A stretch of DNA of 10,004 bases from a virus. The notes under the pieces are model-generated. The model had not been told where the DNA came from. It ran no database searches and saw nothing but the letters and a program-made list of their open reading frames with translations. A program made the translations under genes and the position numbers. The stretch lies in the UHGV virus genome UHGV-0113281. One strand, 5' to 3'. Positions 1-5,777 of this stretch are shown piece after piece; the stretch's first letter is position 1; every line of letters starts with the position of its first letter.

Positions 1-145
1 GATGACGCCTGTACGCATTTGGTGATCCGGTTCTGCTTCCGGCATTCGCTTAATTCAGCACAACGGAAAGAGCACTTATGGCTCGCATCGCGGGAAAAAG
101 CCCACGGTAGAGAGTCGAACTCTACAAATGCACTTACCTGTTGTG

Positions 146-179
146 CAAACAAAAAAGCCCCGACGTTTATGCCGAGGCT
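146..179 (-). terminator. Rho-independent terminator, about 160-190 nt downstream of the Q-like gene (tR'-like)
   Basis: Seen in sequence: on the minus-strand RNA, 5'-AGCCUCGGC-AUAAAC-GUCGGGGCU-3' forms a 9-bp stem (two G-U pairs) with a 6-nt loop (plus 156-179), followed by UUUUUUGUUUG (plus 155-146). On the plus strand the same region has mismatches and no downstream T-run. Confidence 0.5.
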
Positions 180-336
180 CTTACCTAATCTAGCCAGTAT
201 GTCGACCCTAAATATTATCGGCAACCGGGGAAATCAGGATTTCAATTTCGCTGCTCAGTTCGCTTTTGCTCCGAGCATATACGAAAAATACCACTTTCAT
301 TTCTCGGAAGCAACGCATTTACAAAATTATTTCAGT

Positions 337-951
337 TCAGGCCGCTATCAATGGAAATTCTTTCTCCAATTCTCGTTTCATTGCATAAAACATTTCTGAC
401 TCCAGCACTTTCTCACACCACACCACTCGCTTACGACAATATTGAATATCAGCACCTGTTATATAAGAAATCATCCTGGCTATATCTTGCGTGCAATTGC
501 GATTGCAATATCGCTTAATAGCTACATCGCGGACGGGGCTTTCACGGTGAAAAGTCTTGACCATCACACGTTCAACGAAAGCCGCATCATCTGATTCTTT
601 GGCGAGAGTGATGATGTGGCTAAACGATGATTGAGGAATGACCAGTTCGCGAGCTTTCTTGTATAGCACATCTCCGCGCAGCCCATCTTCTTCGTACAGG
701 CGCATGACGACAGACTCTATCTGCTTAGCCTTGTCATCGCTCCACTGACTGCGAATCATCAGACGACCGATAACGTTAATTGCACCACCTGGAGAGCAAT
801 CTCCGGCATTAACCTTGCCCCATACCTGTAACATGTAATGAACCCATGCTTTCTGGCTAGAGTTGATGGTTTTCTTCGGGTGTCTCCATACGCGGCGAAA
901 GTGCGCGTCATTAATGAAGTTAACCATGCTGAATACTGGAGTTAGCCGCAT
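337..951 (-). CDS. Putative late-gene antiterminator Q-like protein (204 aa from the ATG at 951; the ORF track extends to a TTG at 981)
   Basis: Synteny: it follows ybcO-like, rusA and a small ORF, as Q does in lambdoid nin regions. The protein has a Cys cluster (YCNRNC...YCRKRVVWC) that could bind zinc. I prefer the ATG at 951 because GGAGG lies 4 nt upstream and it overlaps the TGA of the upstream small ORF (TGATG). Family assignment is from context, not from recognised sequence identity. Confidence 0.45.
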   Translation of the reverse strand: MRLTPVFSMVNFINDAHFRRVWRHPKKTINSSQKAWVHYMLQVWGKVNAGDCSPGGAINVIGRLMIRSQWSDDKAKQIESVVMRLYEEDGLRGDVLYKKARELVIPQSSFSHIITLAKESDDAAFVERVMVKTFHRESPVRDVAIKRYCNRNCTQDIARMISYITGADIQYCRKRVVWCEKVLESEMFYAMKRELEKEFPLIAA

Positions 952-1094
952 CAGACCTCCCATCCTTTGCAATGACACCAAACTTCAAACATTCGTTTCA
1001 CAATTTCACTACAGTAGAAACCTTCAACATCTCGCGTCAGGTCATAGCGATTGCCATAACGCTGGCGCATATATCGTTCGAATGCTTTGTTCAT
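951..1094 (-). CDS. Small 47-aa protein between rusA and Q (MNKAFERYMRQRYGNRYDLTRDVEGFYCSEIVKRMFEVWCHCKGWEV), absent from the ORF track
   Basis: Seen in sequence: its ATG overlaps the rusA stop (ATGA) and its TGA overlaps the Q-like start (TGATG), so it is translationally coupled on both sides. Lambdoid prophages commonly carry a tiny ORF at this position. Confidence 0.5.
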   Translation of the reverse strand: MNKAFERYMRQRYGNRYDLTRDVEGFYCSEIVKRMFEVWCHCKGWEV

Positions 1095-1453
1095 ACGTTC
1101 TCCAGTTCGGTGATTTTTATTCCAAGCCGTCCGCCTGGTACTTTCACACCACGAATTACGCGAATGTCATCGAATTGCTCGTCGTCTTCCGCAAATCCGG
1201 CGTGGATAAGGGAGTCGAGTAAACCTTTCAGGATGTTGTCGAGGTCGCGGCGGCGGGAGTCTGGAACGTCTGCGATGACTTTGATGCGGAGTCGTGATTT
1301 GGTGAAAATGTCTAACTTAAGTTGGCGGATGATTTGCTGAACGTCTTTTCGGTATTTCTGGCCTTTATCGCTGATGTAGTATTGGCTTCCCCGTCTTCGC
1401 CAGTAGGTGTTCAGCGACGGTGGGTATGGAAGCACAAACTGGTATTCGTTCAT
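1091..1453 (-). CDS. rusA: Holliday junction resolvase RusA (crossover junction endodeoxyribonuclease)
   Basis: The 120-aa translation has the RusA hallmarks: N-terminal PYPPSLNTYWRR, the catalytic acidic motif DSRRRDLDN, and C-terminal GGRLGIKITE. Length and position in the nin region match. Start overlaps the upstream stop (ATGA). Confidence 0.9.
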   Translation of the reverse strand: MNEYQFVLPYPPSLNTYWRRRGSQYYISDKGQKYRKDVQQIIRQLKLDIFTKSRLRIKVIADVPDSRRRDLDNILKGLLDSLIHAGFAEDDEQFDDIRVIRGVKVPGGRLGIKITELENV

Positions 1454-1740
1454 GACTTAATCTTCCCCTCCTTCAGCAGTATCGCCTGCGTCCTGATCAC
1501 ACCTTCGAGGTGGTAAAGTCTGGCGTCTTTGTTGTCGAGAATCCTTGTGCGTCGGTCGATCTCCGCGTGGCAGTCACTACAAGCCCATGCACCGATCAGG
1601 TCGTCAGGCTTCATTCCAGTTCCGCAAATTCCAGCCATCCGGTAATGTGCCAGAACTGTAGTTTCAGGATTTCCATTGCATACACCGTAAATACGTACCT
1701 GGCATTCTCTGCCGCGAGCTTCTTTGCGTAGGTTAGCCAT
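1450..1740 (-). CDS. ybcO: YbcO-like DUF1364-family putative nuclease (nin region)
   Basis: The 96-aa translation (MANLRKEARGRECQVRIYGVCNGNPETTVLAHYRMAGICGTG...CSDCHAEIDRRT...TQAILLKEGKIKS) closely resembles E. coli DLP12 YbcO as I recall it, with conserved Cys/His residues. It sits directly upstream of rusA as in DLP12. Start overlaps the upstream stop (TAATG). Confidence 0.85.
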   Translation of the reverse strand: MANLRKEARGRECQVRIYGVCNGNPETTVLAHYRMAGICGTGMKPDDLIGAWACSDCHAEIDRRTRILDNKDARLYHLEGVIRTQAILLKEGKIKS

Positions 1741-2468
1741 TAAGCAGCCTCCCCTGTTACTTTCAGCATTCCGTTATCGAGCAGCTTTCTGGTCAGCCAC
1801 TGTTGACCACGCCCGGTGATTTTTGTGGTGAACGATATCTGTATTCCGTGATTTGTGTTGACCGCTGTTTCTTTCACTGTGAAATAGCCGCGATCCATAT
1901 ATTCCTGCATTGGCACATTGCGCCGGGAACCTGAAGCAATAAGGATTTTGTGATCGCGCATCCACGCAAACAGTTTGTTTGGACCAATTCCAACAACCTT
2001 TGCAAAGTTTCCAATCAAAATTCCGCTGGCCTCGCCAACGCGATCGGCAAACTCAACTTTAGGTGCGGCAATTGCGAGCTGGTTTTCCAGTTGCATTTTC
2101 TGCTCAGCAAGATCAGCAGCAAGGCGCAACGCTTCTGGTAGCGTTTTGGGGATATTAACCGCAGCGTCTTCAAGCTCTCGCCAACGGTCAACAAGACGAG
2201 CGGTGAATTCCGGCGACAACTGAGCGACGACAATAATGCTGTCGCGCTTACCTTGTTCGCCTTCGAAGACGTAATGCTCGTACTGAACATTGAACCCTAA
2301 GTTATTGATTCTTTCGGAAACCTCAATTTGAGGAAGCCGGATAACACCATTTTTAGCCAGCGTTTCGATGGTACGTTTCACATTGTCATGACGCTTACCT
2401 GTAAGCTCAGCGATTTCAATGCTAGTCATTTTGATGACGTTGCTATTTATCAGCTCGTTCATTGTCAT
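1740..2468 (-). CDS. Phage antirepressor / regulatory protein with Rha-type N-terminal domain and KilA-C (ANT) C-terminal domain
   Basis: The N-terminus (MTSIEIAELTGKRHDNVKRTIETL) is typical of the phage Rha family; the C-terminal half (GILIGNFAKVVGIGPNKLFAWMRDHKILI...GYFTVKETAV) is typical of KilA-C/ANT domains. An alternative ATG at 2462 has better spacing to the GAGAGG Shine-Dalgarno. Confidence 0.8.
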   Translation of the reverse strand: MTMNELINSNVIKMTSIEIAELTGKRHDNVKRTIETLAKNGVIRLPQIEVSERINNLGFNVQYEHYVFEGEQGKRDSIIVVAQLSPEFTARLVDRWRELEDAAVNIPKTLPEALRLAADLAEQKMQLENQLAIAAPKVEFADRVGEASGILIGNFAKVVGIGPNKLFAWMRDHKILIASGSRRNVPMQEYMDRGYFTVKETAVNTNHGIQISFTTKITGRGQQWLTRKLLDNGMLKVTGEAA

Positions 2469-2492
2469 GTCCTCTCATATTGAAAATTCACC

Positions 2493-2520
2493 AATAAAAA
2501 ACCCAGCCGAAGCTGGGTTT
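2493..2520 (-). terminator. Rho-independent terminator between ant and the Rha/KilAC gene
   Basis: Seen in sequence: minus-strand RNA AACCCAGC-UUCG-GCUGGGUU (8-bp stem, UUCG tetraloop) followed by UUUUUUAUU. It is partly symmetric, so it may act in both directions. Confidence 0.6.
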
Positions 2521-2536
2521 GTTAAGTTGTCAATTG

Positions 2537-3472
2537 TCAGTAGCGATGCAGTGAAGGCGGCAACTCTTTGTTCTTAAGCCTTTCCCATGCCAGAAGGTTC
2601 GTCGGCCCGTCAGGCTCATAAATATCTATATCCCGCGTGTGATTAATTAAAACGCCCCTCGCCCTCCCGATGATATACGAGAACTCATAGCCGTAGTCGT
2701 GGCATATGCCGGAATAGTTCGATTGAATTTGTTTTAGCGCCGGATACAGTTCGCGGAATAATGCCTGTGAGCGGTTGGCATAATCCCATAACCATACAAG
2801 GCTGTTTGCTTCTTTTGCAGAAAGCTCGTTGGTTTTCTTCTCTTGTTTGCCAATGAACTCACCTTCAAGTGGAACTCGAGCTGCAAGTGACAGTGCTTCT
2901 GTAAACTGCTCCTCACTGATTTCTTTGTACGAACATCCAAAATGGGATTTCAGTGACGACCACATGGTAATCATTGCCTTCGCCTGTTTTTCTTTTGGCA
3001 GAGACTGACCGCGACTCATGACGAGTTGTTTAATGGCTTCCTGCTGTTCAGTGGTGATTTTACCCGGCAACGCCTTTTTAGCTTTGCGTGGGTTAACTAC
3101 ATGGCCTTTAGTCCAGTAGTCATGCAGCACGCTAAAGCATTCCTCCTGGTACTGAATCAGTTTATCACGGATGTCAGCACGAACTTTCTCAGGGTTGATG
3201 CTGAACAGCCATCCATTGAGTTTCTTCAGCGGTATGCATAAAAGCTTACGTAACTTGCCATCAGCGGCAACCATAGAGATATCTCTACAGTTGAATTTGT
3301 CCTTCATTTTACGCAACTTAACAGATTGACCAGTCCAGTCTATACCAATGTTTTCCACAATTTGACGCATCGCTACATAAGTCACTCCGGCAGCCACAGC
3401 GGTTAAAATCTGCTGACCATTGAAAGGCACGTAAGAGGTGTTCACTGCTTCTAAAATTGCTATACTATTCAT
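2537..3472 (-). CDS. ant: P22-type antirepressor Ant (P22_AR N- and C-terminal domains), 311 aa from the ATG at 3472; the ORF track extends to a TTG at 3502
   Basis: The N-terminus [46 protein letters not shown] is the characteristic Ant N-domain. It sits downstream of arc-like and opposite mnt-like, as in the P22 immI region. The ATG at 3472 has a GGAG about 10 nt upstream. Confidence 0.8.
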   Translation of the reverse strand: MNSIAILEAVNTSYVPFNGQQILTAVAAGVTYVAMRQIVENIGIDWTGQSVKLRKMKDKFNCRDISMVAADGKLRKLLCIPLKKLNGWLFSINPEKVRADIRDKLIQYQEECFSVLHDYWTKGHVVNPRKAKKALPGKITTEQQEAIKQLVMSRGQSLPKEKQAKAMITMWSSLKSHFGCSYKEISEEQFTEALSLAARVPLEGEFIGKQEKKTNELSAKEANSLVWLWDYANRSQALFRELYPALKQIQSNYSGICHDYGYEFSYIIGRARGVLINHTRDIDIYEPDGPTNLLAWERLKNKELPPSLHRY

Positions 3473-3545
3473 GTTGGTTTTTCTCCAAGGATTTACCGAC
3501 AACCGAAGCCCTGACTGTTACAGCAGTTGGGGCTTCAACTTTTAT
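3473..3545 (+). ncRNA. Candidate sar-like antisense RNA covering the ant translation-initiation region (about 70 nt)
   Basis: Seen in sequence: plus-strand extended -10 TGcTATACT (3458-3466), giving a start near 3473; plus-strand hairpin GAAGCCC...GGGCTTC (3505-3536) followed by AACTTTTAT (3537-3545). Established knowledge: P22 ant is controlled by the roughly 69-nt antisense sar RNA, which is transcribed opposite to ant and pairs with its ribosome-binding site. The call is inference from architecture only. Confidence 0.3.
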
Positions 3546-3726
3546 CAGCGCCTTCAACTGGAATACTCTCTAGCTTTTCATCTAACCCCTTCTCGCCATG
3601 CATGAAAATAACAATATCTGTAACGCATGAGTCACAAATTGCTTCTTCGGTATTTTTTGACACAACAAAGCCCCTTCCAGTCGTTTCTTTACTACACCCA
3701 CAAAAACAACATCTGCGGTTTTTCAT
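3535..3726 (-). CDS. Small (63 aa) ClpX-type C4 zinc-finger protein, inserted between arc-like and ant
   Basis: The translation MKNRRCCFCGCSKETTGRGFVVSKNTEEAICDSCVTDIV matches the ClpX N-terminal zinc-binding domain pattern (CxFCG ... ICDxCV). A strong Shine-Dalgarno (GAGGGGG) lies 7 nt upstream and the ATG overlaps the arc-like stop (ATGA). Confidence 0.6.
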   Translation of the reverse strand: MKNRRCCFCGCSKETTGRGFVVSKNTEEAICDSCVTDIVIFMHGEKGLDEKLESIPVEGADKS

Positions 3727-3875
3727 ACCACTACCCCCTCTCTCTTCAGGCTGTCCAGCAATCGCTTAATCACTTCCGAGTTAAACGACCGGCATTCTTC
3801 TTTGGCCTTTCCTGTAATCGCATCTTTTAGCGACTGAGGCATTCTCACCAAAATTCTGCTAACTTCTTTTTCCAT
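3723..3875 (-). CDS. arc: Arc-like ribbon-helix-helix repressor (50 aa from the ATG at 3875; the ORF track extends to 3911)
   Basis: MEKEVSRILVRMPQSLKDAITGKAKEECRSFNSEVIKRLLDSLKREGVVV aligns with P22 Arc (the xRMPxxL beta-strand followed by the NGRSxNSE helix motif). The ATG at 3875 has GGTGG 4 nt upstream; the upstream ATG at 3911 lies inside the predicted promoter -10 and has no Shine-Dalgarno. Confidence 0.7.
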   Translation of the reverse strand: MEKEVSRILVRMPQSLKDAITGKAKEECRSFNSEVIKRLLDSLKREGVVV

Positions 3876-3984
3876 ACCGCCACCATGTGAGTTATTGTGA
3901 ATCACAAACATATCACTGTGACTATATCAAGTCAAAATTTTTTTGAATACACTGTGATATCAATGTGATTATCACGGTGTAAGT
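3876..3984. promoter_or_regulatory. Divergent arc / mnt control region with clustered palindromic operators
   Basis: Seen in sequence: a 109-bp intergenic region with eight TGTGA / TCAC half-sites, including the palindromes TTGTGAaTCACAA (3895-3907), TCACtGTGA (3913-3921) and GTGATtATCAC (3965-3975), plus direct repeats of TGTGAT (3954, 3964). The Pmnt promoter could not be placed confidently. Confidence 0.5.
3907..3935 (-). promoter_or_regulatory. Candidate Pant-like sigma70 promoter for the arc-ZnF-ant operon
   Basis: Seen in sequence: on the minus strand, -35 TTGACT (plus 3935-3930), a 17-nt spacer, and -10 TATGTT (plus 3912-3907). The spacer contains the palindrome TCACtGTGA, matching the known placement of the Arc operator inside Pant in P22. 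Confidence 0.45.
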
Positions 3985-4239
3985 ATGACGAAGGTTAGAG
4001 ACATAGCCCCATATAGCGTAAGAATGCCAGATAGCCTCAAGCGCGACCTGACCATAAGAGCATCGAAAAACGGACGCTCATTAAATTCAGAAATAGTTAT
4101 GATCTTGCAAGCTGCTATTGATGAAGAAAAATCACCAAGATCAATAGAAGGTTTTGCTCAACAAGAATCTGAAAAATTTAGGGAGGCTCTTCTTAAGACT
4201 CTCAGTAGCATGTACGGAGAAGATAAAAAACCCACCTGA
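3985..4239 (+). CDS. mnt: Mnt-like ribbon-helix-helix repressor
   Basis: The 84-aa translation (..YSVRMPDSLKRDLTIRASKNGRSLNSEIVMILQAAI...LLKTLSSMYGEDKKPT) aligns along its length with P22 Mnt (83 aa; RMP...NGRSMNSE...DLYKKTT). It is divergent from arc-like and has a GGTG Shine-Dalgarno 5 nt upstream. Confidence 0.8.
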   Translation: MTKVRDIAPYSVRMPDSLKRDLTIRASKNGRSLNSEIVMILQAAIDEEKSPRSIEGFAQQESEKFREALLKTLSSMYGEDKKPT

Positions 4240-4249
4240 CGGCGGGTTT
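4226..4249. terminator. Hairpin terminator shared by the convergent mnt-like (+) and YafO-like (-) genes
   Basis: Seen in sequence: AAACCCACC-TGAC-GGCGGGTTT; on the minus strand the stem has one G-U pair and is followed by UUUUUUAUCUU. It overlaps both stop codons and is the stronger terminator in the minus direction. Confidence 0.5.
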
Positions 4250-4697
4250 AGTCAAACATAGTGTTTCTAAAGTCTCTCGCATACCCTGCTAACACTCTCA
4301 TTCTATTATGATTGTTAGCAGACATGTGAGCTACAGGGTGAAAAAGAGCAATCAATGAATACCTGTTCTCATCAAAAAGATTTTGTGCATAAACGAGAGC
4401 GGTATTGGATGTTTTATGCCACTGCAACTTTTGCGGTGTGCTGATATCTGTGCCATTTTTTATTGGCTCAAATTTATTTTCACCAATTGCTAAATGAAGG
4501 TGCATAAGACCTGCATCTTCAATATCAGGAGGCCGATGATAAGAGGTGTCTCTGCCAAAATAGCTGGGCAACGTTCCCGTAGACTTGTAGATGATAAAAT
4601 CATCTACAAGTGTTTGTTTTAAATCAGGAAACTCAACAAAAACCGGGGAGAAAAAATAGTCAAAACTATCCTGATTATATTCCACGGTTACTTGCAT
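4248..4697 (-). CDS. YafO-family toxin homolog (type II toxin-antitoxin toxin; ribosome-dependent mRNA interferase family)
   Basis: The 149-aa translation shares conserved blocks with E. coli YafO as I recall it: DFIIYKSTGTLPSYFGRD, MHLHLAIGEN, QKLQWHKTSNTALVYAQNLFDENRYSLIALFHP, NNHNRMRVLAGYARDFR. It starts 8 nt after the stop of the upstream gene. Confidence 0.7.
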   Translation of the reverse strand: MQVTVEYNQDSFDYFFSPVFVEFPDLKQTLVDDFIIYKSTGTLPSYFGRDTSYHRPPDIEDAGLMHLHLAIGENKFEPIKNGTDISTPQKLQWHKTSNTALVYAQNLFDENRYSLIALFHPVAHMSANNHNRMRVLAGYARDFRNTMFD

Positions 4698-4705
4698 GTT
4701 TTACC

Positions 4706-5272
4706 TCAGTGGAAGTTACCAGAGTGAAACACACGAGTCCCGTGCTCAGCAAGCGCACGCAAACCAGCCATATCTACGGAACTATCAAAAACAACCGGAA
4801 CACATGAGCGTTGTTTAATAAGACTATTCAGGTTAGTTACGGCAGATCTAGCATCAGCAACAACGATATAGATATCTCTTGCGATCTCTTTAAAATCAGC
4901 AGAAGCTTCTTTGAATACCGATTTCATTGCCCCTTCAAGTCCTCTCAATTGATGCTCTATCAATCGAGACTTTTCTGGTTCAATGATAGACAACACATTG
5001 TCTACATTCTCATCGGTAGCGTTTGCAAGAACACGATAAGCGTATTTCAGCATTCGAGACAATTCTTTAATCGAAGACACCGCCTCATGAAGCTCATCAT
5101 TAGCCCGTTCACTGCTGAATGAGGATTGATGGTAAGCGTGCTGAACGTTATCAGTAACAACCACCTCACAACTGAACGCAGAAGCTTGCTGTAATAGCAA
5201 ACCTATTGCGACTCCAGCTTTGGCAGCGTTCAAGCTAAACATTTCATCAATCCCATTAGTCTCATTGCTCAT
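4706..5272 (-). CDS. Unrecognised 188-aa protein, upstream partner of the YafO-like toxin (putative antitoxin or immunity component)
   Basis: Seen in sequence: a consensus Shine-Dalgarno AAGGAGG lies 5 nt upstream of the ATG at 5272 (the ORF track's 5302 start is an upstream extension). It appears mostly helical, with no ribbon-helix-helix, helix-turn-helix or Phd/YefM-like motif I can recognise. It is much larger than the canonical YafN antitoxin (about 97 aa). Confidence 0.65.
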   Translation of the reverse strand: MSNETNGIDEMFSLNAAKAGVAIGLLLQQASAFSCEVVVTDNVQHAYHQSSFSSERANDELHEAVSSIKELSRMLKYAYRVLANATDENVDNVLSIIEPEKSRLIEHQLRGLEGAMKSVFKEASADFKEIARDIYIVVADARSAVTNLNSLIKQRSCVPVVFDSSVDMAGLRALAEHGTRVFHSGNFH

Positions 5273-5447
5273 ACAAACCTCCTTCTTATCGGAGATTATC
5301 AATAGCTATGTATCCATTGAATACACGCTATGCGCAGTAATTCTACGTCACGTGATATCATTATGCAACCACCGTTCTATCACCGACTAACTTTACTCCC
5401 ACTCCTATACATCATCTGGTATCCTGCTCAAAACTAAGGAGGTTGGT
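5273..5447. promoter_or_regulatory. Divergent intergenic control region between the TA-like cassette (-) and the 109-aa gene (+)
   Basis: Seen in sequence: minus-strand -10 GATAAT (plus 5300-5295) with a weak -35 TTCAAT (15-nt spacer), about 20 nt upstream of the Shine-Dalgarno; the perfect palindrome TCACGTGA at 5348-5355; and a strong plus-strand Shine-Dalgarno TAAGGAGG (5435-5442) for the 109-aa gene. Confidence 0.3.
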
Positions 5448-5777
5448 GTGCTTGAATGGTTTCTGTTGGCTGCATTAGTCGTTTCTGGTTTGGTGTATGA
5501 GTATCGAATGCACTCTCTAACAAAAAAAATAGGAATTCTAGAAAACGAATATTGTGCTCTCAAATCCTCACTGGAACGTGAGCAAGGGGACTTAAAAATC
5601 TCTCTGTCTAGCATTGAGCGTTCTATAGAGAGCTTAGAGGATAAGGTTGATCGTATAAAGAATGAGGATATTCATGATATTAAGGACGACATATCCTTCT
5701 TAAAATCTTGGTTGAAAAATGTTGGGAAAATTGCCACATCAACACGAGATAAGCTCAATCCATCCATGGATGACTAA
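5448..5777 (+). CDS. Small bitopic membrane protein with a coiled-coil region (109 aa); candidate superinfection-exclusion or accessory protein
   Basis: GTG start with TAAGGAGG 5 nt upstream. N-terminal hydrophobic helix (LEWFLLAALVVSGLVY) followed by a heptad-like charged segment (LENEYCALKSSLEREQGDLKISLSSIERSIESLEDKVDRIKNE). It occupies the slot after the gp16-like gene where P22 carries sieA. Confidence 0.6.
   Translation: MLEWFLLAALVVSGLVYEYRMHSLTKKIGILENEYCALKSSLEREQGDLKISLSSIERSIESLEDKVDRIKNEDIHDIKDDISFLKSWLKNVGKIATSTRDKLNPSMDD

Noticed and set aside
96-171. tRNA-like T-arm on the minus strand (GTAGAG-TTCGACT-CTCTAC, plus 106-124), downstream of the Q-like gene where some lambdoid phages carry tRNA genes
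   Set aside because: No complementary 5' acceptor-stem sequence, no plausible anticodon or D arm, and no CCA end; the interval overlaps the terminator hairpin. Treated as an isolated hairpin.
19-399. Plus-strand ORF of 126 aa at the left edge
   Set aside because: No Shine-Dalgarno, a Cys/Phe/His-rich low-plausibility translation, and it runs antisense through the terminator and into the Q-like gene's 3' end. Likely a chance ORF.
863-2290. Plus-strand ORFs across the nin-region genes (863-1222, 972-1340, 1322-1516, 1510-1731, 1950-2141, 1975-2223) and nested minus-strand ORFs (1774-1965, 2015-2290, 2734-2940)
   Set aside because: All lie inside or antisense to genes with recognisable products (rusA, ybcO-like, Rha/KilAC, ant), and none has start signals.
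3895-3921. TGTGA...TCACA motifs resembling CRP-binding half-sites
   Set aside because: The half-site spacing is 1 nt, not the 6 nt of a CRP site. Their placement inside the arc/mnt promoters fits ribbon-helix-helix repressor operators better.
4811-5122. Plus-strand ORF of 103 aa antisense to the 188-aa gene
   Set aside because: It lies entirely within the better-supported minus-strand gene and has no ribosome-binding site.
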